Below the pieces are notes generated by a model. That model was not told the origin of the DNA. It saw nothing but the letters and a program-made list of their open reading frames with translations, and made no database searches. A stretch of 64,000 bases of DNA, from NCBI GenBank assembly GCA_913061125.1, contig CAJXUB010000007.1, forward strand, positions 37-64,036, given 5' to 3'. Below, piece after piece: positions 21,011 through 31,079 of this stretch. Within the stretch, counting starts at the first letter, position 1. Every line of letters starts with the position of its first letter. Origin of the DNA: an uncultured Flavobacteriaceae bacterium (GTDB lineage Bacteria; Bacteroidota; Bacteroidia; Flavobacteriales; Flavobacteriaceae). The position numbers were made by a program, and so were the translations under genes.

Positions 21011-22693
21011 TCCTTTTGGAATCGCTCCAATTAAGCGTTTTGTGTAAGGTTTTTTCGGGTGGTTATACACCTGGTCGGCTTCCCCCTTTTCTTCTATTTT
21101 CCCTTGATTCATAATAAGCAATTGATCCGCCATATATTTTACAACTGCCAAGTCGTGGGAAATAAAAATATAAGTAAATCCAAACTCTTCTTTTAACGAA
21201 TTTAACAGATTCAAAACCTGAGCTTGTACTGAAATGTCTAGGGCAGATACTGATTCATCACAAACAATTAATTTGGGCTGAACAGCAATCGTTCGGGCGA
21301 TACCTATTCGCTGGCGCTGACCGCCAGAAAATTGGTGGGGATATCGATCAAAAGCATCCGTTTCCAGTCCCACTTTTTGCAAAATAACTTTTGCATTTTC
21401 AATAGCAGCAGTTTTAGTTTTATAGATTTTATGAACCATCATAGGTTCCACAACGGCTTGCCCAACGGTCAATCTGGGGTTAAGTGATGCAAAGGGATCT
21501 TGAAAAATAATTTGCAGTTCTTTTCTCAAATTTCGAATCTCGGAATGGCTCAGTTTTGCCAAATCTTTTCCTTTGTATAAAATGGTTCCTGAAGTGGCCT
21601 TATCAAGTTGTAAAATGGCTTTCCCTAAGGTGGATTTCCCACAGCCAGACTCGCCCACTAATCCTAATGTCTCTCCTTCATAGAGTTTAAAACTCACACC
21701 GTCGACCGCTTTAAAACCCTGCTTTTTGGAAAAAAGCCCTGTTGTTTTGAAGTAGATCTTTTCAAGATTTACAACCTCCAAAAGCGGGGGGTGCTCATAA
21801 ATTTTTGAATGGTATTGCTCTCGATCCTTTTTTGATATGATTTCAGAAGCAATAGAATTCGATAGAATATGATCAATTGTAGGCAGTCGTTTTGGCCGAT
21901 GGCTCAAGGACGGCCGAGCTGCAATGAGCGCCTTAGTATAACGCTCTTTTGGTTTTAAAAAAACATCCTTTGTGAGGCCTTTCTCGACCACTTTTCCTTT
22001 GTACATCACCACAGTTTTGTCCGCAATTTCAGACACCAAAGTCAAATCGTGACTGATAAAAATGACACTCATTTTTGTCTTCTTTTGAATAGATTTTAAC
22101 AGCTCAATAATGTCCTTTTGGACCGTCACATCCAAAGCCGTTGTAGGTTCATCAGCAATTAAAAGATTGGGCTTACAAGCGATGGCCATAGCAATCATAA
22201 TGCGTTGTTGCTGTCCTCCTGAAAGTTCGTGTGGGTATTTGTAAAAAACATCTTTTGGAGTCGGAATTTTGACGTTTTCAAATAATTTTAAGACCTCCTC
22301 TTTGGCCTCATTTTCGGGCACAATATTGTGTTGAGTTAAAATTTCTTCAACTTGTTTACCGCATCGCATAGAAGGGTTTAGGGCACTCATGGGTTCTTGA
22401 AAAATCATGGCGATTCGCCCCCCGCGGATGGCCTGCATGTCTTGTTTGGACGCCGTAATTAAATCCAAACCATCGAATAGTATTTCTCCAGAAATCTTAC
22501 CATTGGATCTTTCGGTTAAGAGCTGCATTATGGCTAGTGAGGTTACAGATTTTCCAGAACCGCTCTCGCCAACGATTCCAATAATTTCGTTAGACAAAAC
22601 ATCAAATGAAACCTGTTGAACAACAGTACTGTCGGTGCCGCCATGGGCGAAAGATATCGATACGTTTTTTACACTAAGGAGGGGTTTTTCCAT
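21005..22693 (-). CDS. ABC transporter ATP-binding protein with duplicated ATPase domains (Dpp/Opp, YejF/GsiA-like)
   Basis: Two Walker A motifs ([16 protein letters not shown]) and two signature motifs ([16 protein letters not shown]). No TM domain, and no permease gene nearby. Confidence 0.88.
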   Translation of the reverse strand: MEKPLLSVKNVSISFAHGGTDSTVVQQVSFDVLSNEIIGIVGESGSGKSVTSLAIMQLLTERSNGKISGEILFDGLDLITASKQDMQAIRGGRIAMIFQEPMSALNPSMRCGKQVEEILTQHNIVPENEAKEEVLKLFENVKIPTPKDVFYKYPHELSGGQQQRIMIAMAIACKPNLLIADEPTTALDVTVQKDIIELLKSIQKKTKMSVIFISHDLTLVSEIADKTVVMYKGKVVEKGLTKDVFLKPKERYTKALIAARPSLSHRPKRLPTIDHILSNSIASEIISKKDREQYHSKIYEHPPLLEVVNLEKIYFKTTGLFSKKQGFKAVDGVSFKLYEGETLGLVGESGCGKSTLGKAILQLDKATSGTILYKGKDLAKLSHSEIRNLRKELQIIFQDPFASLNPRLTVGQAVVEPMMVHKIYKTKTAAIENAKVILQKVGLETDAFDRYPHQFSGGQRQRIGIARTIAVQPKLIVCDESVSALDISVQAQVLNLLNSLKEEFGFTYIFISHDLAVVKYMADQLLIMNQGKIEEKGEADQVYNHPKKPYTKRLIGAIPKGL

Positions 22694-22696
22694 TGT

Positions 22697-23410
22697 CTAA
22701 ATATACGTAATTTCGTGATCGCTCAGCAAGTCTTCACCGCGTAGGCGTAGCAGTATTTGCGCCACGGCTATAGTATCTTTTTGACAATATTCAATGATGC
22801 GATAAAGGTCATTGCCGTGGTAATATACGTCGTAAATTTCGCTTCCATCGATGTCATCTTTTGGTGATGGGACTCCCAGAACGTTGGTTAGTAATTTTAA
22901 TGACGTATAGTGTTTGTAATCTCCAAATTTCCACAGTTCCAATGTGTCTAAATGAGGCACCTCCCATGGTTTTTTTCCAAATAAGTTTAATTTTTGAGGC
23001 AGTTTAATACGGTGAATCAGCATTCTTCGCGCGATGTACGGGAAGTCAAATTCCTTACCGTTATGGGCACAAAGCAAGTGTTTTGGGCGGCTAAAATGGG
23101 TTTGTAATAACGATTTAAACTGTTTTAATATAGAGACTTCATCTCCTGAAAACGTGGTAATTCTAAAGGATCTAACATCTTGATCGGGGGCAAAATACCC
23201 CACAGAAATGCAAATAATTTTTCCAAATTCGGCCCAAATACCCGCTTTGTGGTAGAACGCTTCGGCAGAGTAATCGTCCTTACGTTGGTATTGCGATTTT
23301 AAGGCCCAAAGCTGCTGTTTTTCATTGGATAAATCCAAAAAATTTTGAACCTCTGGAACGGTTTCAATGTCTAAAAATAAGACGTTTTCAAGGTTGAGTT
23401 TGGACAGCAT
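22697..23410 (-). CDS. 3'-5' exonuclease, RNase H-like fold (PolB-exonuclease-type domain)
   Basis: ExoI-like FLDIETVP and later CAHNGKEFDFPY and CQKD motifs. 237 aa. Confidence 0.7.
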   Translation of the reverse strand: MLSKLNLENVLFLDIETVPEVQNFLDLSNEKQQLWALKSQYQRKDDYSAEAFYHKAGIWAEFGKIICISVGYFAPDQDVRSFRITTFSGDEVSILKQFKSLLQTHFSRPKHLLCAHNGKEFDFPYIARRMLIHRIKLPQKLNLFGKKPWEVPHLDTLELWKFGDYKHYTSLKLLTNVLGVPSPKDDIDGSEIYDVYYHGNDLYRIIEYCQKDTIAVAQILLRLRGEDLLSDHEITYI

Positions 23411-24557
23411 GGTTTAACATATTATAAGCTTCTTCGATATAAATTGAGATATCATCAGAAAATATTTGTTCGGCTGCACCGGGGGATTTTTGATGCCCTA
23501 ATCGAACGATAATGATGTTGTCCTCGGGTTCTACAATCACGTACTGCCCCAAGTGACCTCGCATCATAAAAAACGACTTGTCGTTGCGTTTTTGCAGCCA
23601 AAACCCATAGCCGTATTGTGGGCTTTCGGCAAATCTAGGGGTTAATGAGGTTGCTACAAACGTGGAGTCTAAAAGCGGTTTGCCGTTCCATTTACCGTGG
23701 TCTTTATAGAGTTTACCAAAGCGAGCAAAATCTTTAGCATTACTCGCAATACAGCAGTAGGCTTTTACCAGATCATGTTCTTCGCTATCAACTTGCCATA
23801 GGGTTGGGTTTTCACTTCCTAAAGGTTTCCAAAAGCTTTCTGTAAGGTAATCGTAGAGTTTTTTGCCTGTTGCTTTTTCAATGACCATCGCCAAGAGTTG
23901 CGTATCGCCACTGGAGTATTTATACGCTTGACCGGGTTCATCGACCACTTTAAGCCCAAGAATAACTTTTTCCAAATCATCATCAAAATAGGCTCGTGTG
24001 GTAATGGATAGTGGGGAATAGTATTTTTCATCCCAATTGGTCCCAGAGGCCATAGAGGACAAATCGCCAACGGTCATTTTTGCGGCCAGACCTTCGCTAA
24101 ATTCAGGAAAAAAATCACTTACGGGTTGATCCCAACTTTTTATATACTCCTCTTCAATGGCTTTGCCCAAGAGTCCAGACACATAACTTTTGGCCATTGA
24201 AAAGGAATTACTTTTTGAATTTTCATCAAAACCACCGTAGTAATTTTCAAACCAAATGCTATCGTTTTTAATAATCACATAGGCGATGGTGCCATAAGCA
24301 TCATTGTATTTTTGAAGGCGTTTGGTTTCAGATACGCTGTTGTAGTCTTTATGATTTGGCCAGGGTTGAGGTAAATCGTTTTGAATTTCAACATTGTCAA
24401 ATTCTTTATAATCTTCCAAATAGGCGGTGTTGTATCCTTTGGCATAAATGGTTCTTACCGCCTTTAGGAGGTAGTCGGTATCCGTGATGTAGAGTAGCGC
24501 AATAAGGCCAAAAATACTTAAGATTGTCCACTTAAGAATTTGTTTTAATCTGTTCAT
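23388..24557 (-). CDS. Serine hydrolase (beta-lactamase/PBP4* family)
   Basis: N-terminal TM or signal segment, SxxK motif SMAK, and YSSGD in the position of the second class C beta-lactamase box. It overlaps the exonuclease start by 23 nt. Confidence 0.75.
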   Translation of the reverse strand: MNRLKQILKWTILSIFGLIALLYITDTDYLLKAVRTIYAKGYNTAYLEDYKEFDNVEIQNDLPQPWPNHKDYNSVSETKRLQKYNDAYGTIAYVIIKNDSIWFENYYGGFDENSKSNSFSMAKSYVSGLLGKAIEEEYIKSWDQPVSDFFPEFSEGLAAKMTVGDLSSMASGTNWDEKYYSPLSITTRAYFDDDLEKVILGLKVVDEPGQAYKYSSGDTQLLAMVIEKATGKKLYDYLTESFWKPLGSENPTLWQVDSEEHDLVKAYCCIASNAKDFARFGKLYKDHGKWNGKPLLDSTFVATSLTPRFAESPQYGYGFWLQKRNDKSFFMMRGHLGQYVIVEPEDNIIIVRLGHQKSPGAAEQIFSDDISIYIEEAYNMLNHAVQTQP

Positions 24558-24709
24558 ATTGTTTTGTAGTTTGACCTTAAAGATAACTAAAAAATAACAT
24601 TAGTTTTGGGCGCTTTTTCATTTGACTGTAGGTTTTTCATGGGTTGTAGAATCGATTTGGGAGCGTTTCTAATGGTGATTTACTAAAAATTCTGAGCTTT
24701 GTCAAGATT

Positions 24710-25699
24710 TTAGCCAATCAGCTTTACAACATCTTTAGCAAAATAACTCGCAATAAGGTCTGCGCCAGCACGTTTAAACGCCATGGTGGTTTCGAGTACC
24801 GCTTGGTCGTGGTCCATCCATCCTTTATCACTTGCCGCTTTAATCATGGCATATTCGCCACTCACCTGATAGGCCGCAACAGGCACATCAAATTCGTTTT
24901 TTACGTCTCTGATGATATCCAAATACGCCAAACCGGGCTTGACCATCACAATATCGGCACCTTCATCAATATCCATTTCCGTTTCGCGCAGGGCTTCAAA
25001 GCGGCTTCCACAGTCCATTTGATAGGTTTTTTTATCTGTTGGAATGTGGTCTTGTTCTGCTGGTGCAGAATCCAGCGCCTCTCTAAACGGGCCATAAAAT
25101 GAGGAGGCGTATTTGGCACTATAACTCATAATGCCCGTATTAACAAAACCATCATCTTCCAGTGCTTCACGAATGCCTAAAATCCTTCCGTCCATCATAT
25201 CGCTGGGCGCTACAAAGTTGGCTCCAGCTTCGGCATGAGACACGCTCATTTGCGCCAAAACATCTACGGTAGGGTCATTGACAATTTGCCCCTGCTCAAT
25301 AATACCGTCGTGGCCATATATCGAATAAGGATCCAAGGCCACATCCGTCATTACCAGCATGTCTGGGCAGGTGTTTTTTATGGTTTTAATGGCGCGTTGC
25401 ATCAATCCGTTGGGGTTTAGGGCTTCTGTTCCACGGTTGTCTTTTAGGTTGTCCTCTACTTTGACAAATAATAAAACGGCCTTAAGCCCTAAAGACCAAA
25501 GTGTTTTAACTTCTTGTTGAAGGGTGTCTAAGCTGTAACGAAAATAATTGGGCATCGATGGAATTTCGTCTTTAACCCCTTTACCTTCAACAACGAATAG
25601 GGGAACTAAAAAGTCATTTGGTGTAATGCTGTTTTCACGCACTAAACTTCGAATGGATGCGTTGGCGCGTAAGCGTCTGTTTCGTCGTAATGGATACAT
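24710..25699 (-). CDS. hemB: Porphobilinogen synthase (ALA dehydratase)
   Basis: RRNRRLR, LVPLFVVEG, VMVKPG and YQVSGEYAM motifs. Confidence 0.95.
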   Translation of the reverse strand: MYPLRRNRRLRANASIRSLVRENSITPNDFLVPLFVVEGKGVKDEIPSMPNYFRYSLDTLQQEVKTLWSLGLKAVLLFVKVEDNLKDNRGTEALNPNGLMQRAIKTIKNTCPDMLVMTDVALDPYSIYGHDGIIEQGQIVNDPTVDVLAQMSVSHAEAGANFVAPSDMMDGRILGIREALEDDGFVNTGIMSYSAKYASSFYGPFREALDSAPAEQDHIPTDKKTYQMDCGSRFEALRETEMDIDEGADIVMVKPGLAYLDIIRDVKNEFDVPVAAYQVSGEYAMIKAASDKGWMDHDQAVLETTMAFKRAGADLIASYFAKDVVKLIG

Positions 25700-25709
25700 A
25701 ATTACTAGT

Positions 25710-25735
25710 TTTAAGCTTTAAGCTTAAAGCTTAAA
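25710..25735. repeat. Perfect 26-bp palindrome TTTAAGCTTTAAGCTTAAAGCTTAAA (three AAGCTT cores at 7-bp spacing)
   Basis: Read directly: the sequence equals its own reverse complement. It lies between the hemB start (25699) and the stop of the four-helix-bundle gene (25731-25733, inside the palindrome). Confidence 0.95.
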
Positions 25736-26090
25736 GTGATTTTTTAATGGTTTTGATTAATGAAAATAACATTTTTTTAATTTCATCTATTTTTTTTAAA
25801 AGTGGTTTAGAATCTTTTGCGGAGATAAATTTTAATTCACTTGACACCAAAATCAAGTACTCTAACTCATGAGCAGAACCTGACGAAATATAGAGGAATC
25901 TTATTAATTCTTTCTGAGTTTCTCTACCACAACCTTCTACAATATTGGTTGGTACAGACAAGCTTGCACGGTTAATTTGTGATACAAGATTGAATTGCTC
26001 AGATTTTGGGAAAGTTGAAGTGATCTGATATATATCAAGCACAAGTTCGTGAGCCCTTTGCCATACTTTGTAATTTTTATAATCTACCAT
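25731..26090 (-). CDS. Four-helix-bundle protein (23S rRNA intervening-sequence protein family, PF05635/TIGR02436-like)
   Basis: 119 aa. YKVWQRAHELVLDIYQITSTFPKSEQFNLVSQINRASLSVPTNIVEGCGR ... SGSAHELEYLILVS matches the family hallmark. Confidence 0.85.
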   Translation of the reverse strand: MVDYKNYKVWQRAHELVLDIYQITSTFPKSEQFNLVSQINRASLSVPTNIVEGCGRETQKELIRFLYISSGSAHELEYLILVSSELKFISAKDSKPLLKKIDEIKKMLFSLIKTIKKSL

Positions 26091-26096
26091 TACTTT

Positions 26097-26121
26097 TAAC
26101 TTTAAACCTATAACTTTAAAC
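26097..26121. repeat. Two copies of TAACTTTAAAC (period 14) just upstream of the four-helix-bundle gene
   Basis: The 11-mer is identical at 26097-26107 and 26111-26121. It is related to the TTTAAGC heptamers on both flanks. Confidence 0.8.
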
Positions 26122-26128
26122 TTATTGC

Positions 26129-26143
26129 TTTAAGCTTTAAGCT
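26129..26143. repeat. TTTAAGCTTTAAGCT, a 15-bp partner of the 25710-25735 palindrome
   Basis: Identical to 25710-25724 (direct repeat) and exactly complementary to 25721-25735 (inverted repeat). It overlaps the hemF stop codon. Confidence 0.9.
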
Positions 26144-27048
26144 GAATCAATCCATTCAACAGGGTTTTTTAACACCTCAATTAATTGTTCTTCTTTTGAG
26201 TTTGGAGCAGGGTGATGGTCGTAAACCCATTGGACATGTGCAGGTAAACTCATCAAAATACTTTCTATTCTTCCGTTGGTTTTTAAACCAAATAAGGTGC
26301 CTTTGTCGTGCACCAAATTAAACTCGACGTAACGCCCTCGCCTGATTTCTTGCCAATCGCGTTGGGCTTTTGTGTAGGGAAGATTTTTTCTTTTTTCAAC
26401 AATGGGGGTGTAAGCCTCCAAGAAACTGTCGCCAACTTCTGTGACAAAAGCGTACCACTGCGGCATGGTCATGGTGTCGTCGGCTTTACAGTAATCAAAA
26501 AATAAACCCCCAATTCCTCGAGCTTCGTCTCGATGGCTGTTGTAGAAGTATTCATCGCAACGTTTTTTGTAATCGTCGTAAAAGGTTTTATTGTGTTTAT
26601 CGCAGGCAGTTTTACAAACGCTGTGGAAATGCACAGCATCTTCTTCAAACAAATAATACGGGGTTAAATCTTGTCCACCGCCAAACCACTGATCTACAAT
26701 AGTTCCTTCTTTATCATACATTTCAAAATAGCGCCAATTGGCATGTACGGTCGGCACCATGGGGCTTTTGGGATGGATAACCAAGCTGAGCCCACAGGCA
26801 AAAAAATCAACATCACCCACATTAAAATAGCTTTGCATGGTTTTAGGAAGTGGGCCATGGACTTTAGAAATATTCACGCCGCCTTTTTCAAAAACGTTTC
26901 CGTTTTGAATGACTCGAGTACGTCCTCCGCCCCCTTCGCTTCGAGTCCAAAGGTCTTCTTTAAATTTTGCTTTACCGTCAATCTCTTCGAGCTTAGAAGT
27001 GATTTGGTCTTGCAAATGTTCAATGTAATTGTAAAATTTTTCTTTCAT
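26137..27048 (-). CDS. hemF: Oxygen-dependent coproporphyrinogen III oxidase
   Basis: RSEGGGGRTRVIQNG, GVNIS, RYFEM, WFGGG.DLTP and RRGRYVEFNL motifs. Confidence 0.95.
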   Translation of the reverse strand: MKEKFYNYIEHLQDQITSKLEEIDGKAKFKEDLWTRSEGGGGRTRVIQNGNVFEKGGVNISKVHGPLPKTMQSYFNVGDVDFFACGLSLVIHPKSPMVPTVHANWRYFEMYDKEGTIVDQWFGGGQDLTPYYLFEEDAVHFHSVCKTACDKHNKTFYDDYKKRCDEYFYNSHRDEARGIGGLFFDYCKADDTMTMPQWYAFVTEVGDSFLEAYTPIVEKRKNLPYTKAQRDWQEIRRGRYVEFNLVHDKGTLFGLKTNGRIESILMSLPAHVQWVYDHHPAPNSKEEQLIEVLKNPVEWIDSA

Positions 27049-27067
27049 GATAAGCAGGTTTCGGGAG

Positions 27068-28102
27068 TTATGAATTATAGGATTTTACAGCATCAATAAA
27101 TGCTTTGGCATGGTCTACAGGAATATTGGGTAATATGCCGTGGCCAAGATTTACGATGTATTTGTCTTTTCCAAATTCATCTATCATCTGATGAACCATT
27201 TTGGTGATTTTTGCAGGAGAAGAGAGTAATCTTGAAGGGTCAAAATTTCCTTGAAGTGTAATATTCCCCCCAGTCAAATAGCGTGCATTTCGAGCCGAGC
27301 AAGTCCAATCTACACCAAGGGCAGAGGCCTTGGATTTAGCCATTTCACCTAATGCAAACCAGCATCCTTTTCCAAATGCGATTACTGGCGCGTCATCTTT
27401 TAGCGCTTCTATAATTTGATTGATGTATTGCCATGAAAACTCTTGATAATCGGTTGGGGATAACATCCCTCCCCACGAATCAAAAATTTGTACGGCATTC
27501 ACTCCTGCTTTCACTTTTTCTTTTAAGTATGCAATGGTGGTTTCGGTAATTTTTTGTAACAATTGATGTGCCGCAACAGGGTTAGAAAAGCAAAACGCTT
27601 TGGCTTTATCAAAATTTTTACTGCCCTGCCCTTGAACGCAATAACATAAAATCGTCCATGGCGATCCTGCAAATCCAATCAACGGAATCTCATCATTGAG
27701 CAATTCTTTTGTGGCTTTAATTGCGTTATAGACATAATCCAATTCTTCTTTTACATCTGGAACTCTCACGTTATCCACGTCGCTTTGTTGCCGAATTGGG
27801 TTGGGCAGGTAGGGGCCAAAATTGGGCTTCATTTGAACCTCGATGTTCATGGCTTGTGGGATGACTAGTATGTCGCAAAATAAGATGGCGGCATCCATCC
27901 CAAATCGTCGGATGGGTTGTACGGTAATTTCACTAGCCAGTTCAGGCGTTCTGCAGCGTGTGAAAAAGTCATATTTCTCGCGGATGGCCATAAATTCTGG
28001 CAAGTAACGGCCTGCCTGTCTCATCATCCAAACGGGAGGGCGTTGTACCGTTTCTCCTTTTAATGCTCTTAAGAATAAATCGTTTTTAATCATTGCTTTC
28101 AT
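27068..28102 (-). CDS. hemE: Uroporphyrinogen decarboxylase
   Basis: [11 protein letters not shown] and [19 protein letters not shown] at 28102 is chosen; the track start at 28108 is TTG and ATG at 28093 is also possible. Confidence 0.93.
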   Translation of the reverse strand: MKAMIKNDLFLRALKGETVQRPPVWMMRQAGRYLPEFMAIREKYDFFTRCRTPELASEITVQPIRRFGMDAAILFCDILVIPQAMNIEVQMKPNFGPYLPNPIRQQSDVDNVRVPDVKEELDYVYNAIKATKELLNDEIPLIGFAGSPWTILCYCVQGQGSKNFDKAKAFCFSNPVAAHQLLQKITETTIAYLKEKVKAGVNAVQIFDSWGGMLSPTDYQEFSWQYINQIIEALKDDAPVIAFGKGCWFALGEMAKSKASALGVDWTCSARNARYLTGGNITLQGNFDPSRLLSSPAKITKMVHQMIDEFGKDKYIVNLGHGILPNIPVDHAKAFIDAVKSYNS

Positions 28103-28104
28103 TT

Positions 28105-29682
28105 TCAAACATAGTCTTCATTGACCAATTCTATTACACTTTCCACTGTTGGGATTTTGGCGATTCGAATTGTTTTAAAATATTTTTGAGCTTCTTTGGC
28201 GGTACTCTCCCCAATGCAATATGCGACACAAGATGGCGTGTTGTTTACTAAAAAACTTTGAACGGTGGATGGGCTATAAAACAGAACACCTTCTATCGAT
28301 TTGGGTAATGTAGGCGCTTCAAGTTTTGTGCTGTAAGCCACAACTTCGTTTATTTTAATATTGTGTTTTGATAATATATCGGGGAGGTCGTCTCTTCTTA
28401 TGTCGCTGCAAAAATAGGTGACCTCACTGCCGTTTAACAGCGGCGCTAGAGTCTCTGCTAATGTTTTGGCGTTTTTAGCACTAATCTTAACGGGTCCGAT
28501 TTTTTGCTCAATTAATTTTTTTGTGCGTCGCCCTACACAATAAATGTGTTTAAAGTTTAATTCCTCAGTAGGGCAATTGTTAAGAATGGCGTCAACTCCG
28601 TTTTTACTTGTGATAATGACGTGTTCGTAAGGGGCTTTTAACAGTGAGGGTTTTATGCGATTGGGTGCCGTTTTTACAAAATCAGAGCTTTCTGCCTTCA
28701 CTGTTTTTGGGAATAAATCGTATTGTCCAGCGCTTAAGGTTTTCGACGAGTAAATGGTGGTTTCTTGTTGTTTTACCCCGCCTTTGTGAATTAAATTTTT
28801 TCCGCCACGCTCCAAAATAAATTCCAAGCATTCATCCACCAAAGCGTTATGTTTTCCGACCGCCGCAGTCCGTTTGACCTCTATTTTTTTTGTGCCATCT
28901 TCGCTTAAAATAATACCATGAAAATGCATTTCATCGTTTTTTATAAAAGCTAATGCACCAATTGGGGCACTACAACCACCTTCGAGTTTGTTTAGAAAAA
29001 TCCGCTCCATAGTAGTACAAATTTCAGTATCCTCATGATTCAGGGCTTGACAGGCATCAAGCGTTTTTTCATCAGATTCTAAACAGGCAATCATGACGGC
29101 ACCTTGCGCTGGCGCAGGCACCATCCAATCGAGGTTTACAGCGTTTTTCGGGGTTAATCCTAAGCGACCAATGCCAGCAGCGGCAAAAATAGCGGCGTTC
29201 CAACTGGTGTTTGATTCGAGTTTTTCCAATCGGGTATTTACATTTCCTCTCAATCCAACAACGGTGTGCGTGGGATAGCGGTTCAGCCATTGTGCTTTTC
29301 GTCTCAGACTGCCGGTAGCAATGACGGCTTCTTTTTGGGCTAAAAACTCTTCATTGTCTTTAAAAACAAGAGTGTCTCTTACGTTTCCACGCTTGAGAAC
29401 AGCAGCTTGGATGATTCCTTGAGGTAAAATTGTAGGAACATCTTTTAGGGAATGAACAGCGATATCGATGTCCTCATTGAGCAAGGCAATATCAAGAGTG
29501 CGCGTAAAAACACCAGTGATACCCAATTCATAAATGGGTTTATTTAGCACCATGTCACCAGTAGATTTTACAGGAACAAGCACTGTGCTGTGACCAAGTT
29601 TTTCCAATTGTTCTTGAACAGTTTTGGCCTGCCAAAGGGCCAACTGACTGTCACGTGTTCCGATGCGAATGGTGTGTGACAT
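28105..29682 (-). CDS. hemC: Fused hydroxymethylbilane synthase / uroporphyrinogen-III synthase
   Basis: The N-terminal ~300 aa is HemC ([38 protein letters not shown]). The C-terminal ~220 aa is HemD-like ([28 protein letters not shown]). Confidence 0.88.
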   Translation of the reverse strand: MSHTIRIGTRDSQLALWQAKTVQEQLEKLGHSTVLVPVKSTGDMVLNKPIYELGITGVFTRTLDIALLNEDIDIAVHSLKDVPTILPQGIIQAAVLKRGNVRDTLVFKDNEEFLAQKEAVIATGSLRRKAQWLNRYPTHTVVGLRGNVNTRLEKLESNTSWNAAIFAAAGIGRLGLTPKNAVNLDWMVPAPAQGAVMIACLESDEKTLDACQALNHEDTEICTTMERIFLNKLEGGCSAPIGALAFIKNDEMHFHGIILSEDGTKKIEVKRTAAVGKHNALVDECLEFILERGGKNLIHKGGVKQQETTIYSSKTLSAGQYDLFPKTVKAESSDFVKTAPNRIKPSLLKAPYEHVIITSKNGVDAILNNCPTEELNFKHIYCVGRRTKKLIEQKIGPVKISAKNAKTLAETLAPLLNGSEVTYFCSDIRRDDLPDILSKHNIKINEVVAYSTKLEAPTLPKSIEGVLFYSPSTVQSFLVNNTPSCVAYCIGESTAKEAQKYFKTIRIAKIPTVESVIELVNEDYV

Positions 29683-29685
29683 GTT

Positions 29686-30933
29686 CTACGGTTCTAATTG
29701 GAAGATTTTATGAATAATTTCAAGACTACGCTCCGAAGCGTTGCGGTCTTCTTTAAGATGATGGGCAAAATGGTTGGTGATTTTTTGAACGATATTAGCA
29801 CTAATGAGTTCCGCTTGATCGTCATTAAAATTTGAAATTTTACGGCGCTGAAGTTTAATTTCATTTTCGGCAAAACCGCTTAATTTTTCTTTTAAAGCTT
29901 TTATGGTTGGAGCATATTTCCGGTGTTCGATCCAAGCCTCAAATTCTGACATGACTTCCTTAATAATGTGTTCTGCAACTGGAATATACGCTTGTCTTTT
30001 TTTAAGGGTTTGATCGGTTATTCCAGAGAGTTCGTCAAGGTGAGTTAATCTAACGTAGGGCAAATTGGTTACATTGTCATCCACATTTTTTGGGATAGAC
30101 AAATCCAGTATGACGAGTTTTTTTTCAGCATGAATGAGTTGTTGGTCGATGGTTGGGTTTTGCGCACCCGTTGCGACTATCAAAATGTCGGCTTTTTCAA
30201 TTTCCTCTTGCAATTGGCTGTAATCTTTGGCTAACACTTTAAATTTTCCTGCCAATTTTTCGGCCCGTTCACGGGTTCTGTTAATCAGCGTAATGTGTTC
30301 ATTTTTGGTGTGTTTTATCAAATTTTCACAAGTGTTTCTGCCAATTTTTCCGGTTCCAAAAAGTAAAATATTTTTATTCGCCACATCGTCAACAGTATTC
30401 AAAATATATTGAACAGAAGCGAACGAAACCGATGTTGCGCCAGAGGACAATTCTGTTTCGTTTTTTATGCGTTTACTGGCCCGAATGACAGAGTTAACAA
30501 GCCGTTCTTGGAGCGGGCTAAGCAATTGATACTTTTTGGAAATCACAGCACTAGACTTCAACTGACTGATGATTTCAAAATCACCCAGGATTTGACTGTC
30601 TAATCCTGCCCCCACTCGAAACATGTGCTCCATCGCTTCGGCGTCTTTGTAAATATAAGCCACGCGCTCTAGATCTTGAATGGTTCCAGTTGTATTGCCA
30701 CAAAGCAAGGTAACCAACTCCGATGGGTGGTTCACAAACCCATAAATTTCTGTTCTGTTGCACGTGGAAATCGCAATAATGCTTTCAATGCCACAAGATT
30801 TTGATTGGGCAAGCAAGTTGGCTTTTTTGGTGGGGCTCAAGCTAAACTTACCTCGGAGCTCGGCATCGGCTTTTTTGTAATTGATACCGACAACGTAAAA
30901 GGCGGTAGAAATTTCGCTATTTAGTTCTTGCAT
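29686..30933 (-). CDS. hemA: Glutamyl-tRNA reductase
   Basis: VVGINYKKA, STCNRTEIYG and GTGKIG. The start is moved to MQELNSE (30933), because a -7 box lies inside the longer ORF. Confidence 0.92.
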   Translation of the reverse strand: MQELNSEISTAFYVVGINYKKADAELRGKFSLSPTKKANLLAQSKSCGIESIIAISTCNRTEIYGFVNHPSELVTLLCGNTTGTIQDLERVAYIYKDAEAMEHMFRVGAGLDSQILGDFEIISQLKSSAVISKKYQLLSPLQERLVNSVIRASKRIKNETELSSGATSVSFASVQYILNTVDDVANKNILLFGTGKIGRNTCENLIKHTKNEHITLINRTRERAEKLAGKFKVLAKDYSQLQEEIEKADILIVATGAQNPTIDQQLIHAEKKLVILDLSIPKNVDDNVTNLPYVRLTHLDELSGITDQTLKKRQAYIPVAEHIIKEVMSEFEAWIEHRKYAPTIKALKEKLSGFAENEIKLQRRKISNFNDDQAELISANIVQKITNHFAHHLKEDRNASERSLEIIHKIFQLEP

Positions 30934-30959
30934 GGGTTGGGTTGTATCGCTATGCAGGG

Positions 30960-30967
30960 CAAATGTA
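30960..30967 (-). promoter_or_regulatory. Candidate -7 box TACATTTG for hemA
   Basis: The plus strand reads CAAATGTA, which is TAnnTTTG on the minus strand. It lies 27 nt upstream of the ATG at 30933. Confidence 0.4.
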
Positions 30968-30981
30968 ATACCAATTAAAAA

Positions 30982-30994
30982 CAAAAAATAACGC
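30982..30994. repeat. 13-bp direct repeat copy 1, CAAAAAATAACGC
   Basis: Exact match to 31080-31092. Both copies lie in the divergent hemA/AraC intergenic region. Confidence 0.9.
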
Positions 30995-31040
30995 TAGAGG
31001 AACTTTATTTGTCGTTTAGAGTTTTGTCAAAAATAATTCC

Positions 31041-31048
31041 TTATTTTT
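31041..31048 (+). promoter_or_regulatory. Candidate -7 box TATTTTTG for the AraC-hemH-hemJ unit
   Basis: Matches TAnnTTTG, 58 nt upstream of the ATG at 31106. The upstream TTTG at 31022-31025 is spaced shorter than the consensus. Confidence 0.3.
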
Positions 31049-31079
31049 GCAATTCGAAGTTATTTTACAGATTAAAATT

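Noticed and set aside
25700-26143. Whether the heptamer/AAGCTT repeats represent a CRISPR array or an IS element's terminal inverted repeats.
   Set aside because: The repeats are 7-15 bp rather than 24-48 bp, with no regular spacers. The enclosed gene is a four-helix-bundle protein, not a transposase. It is reported instead as a cassette-like insertion.
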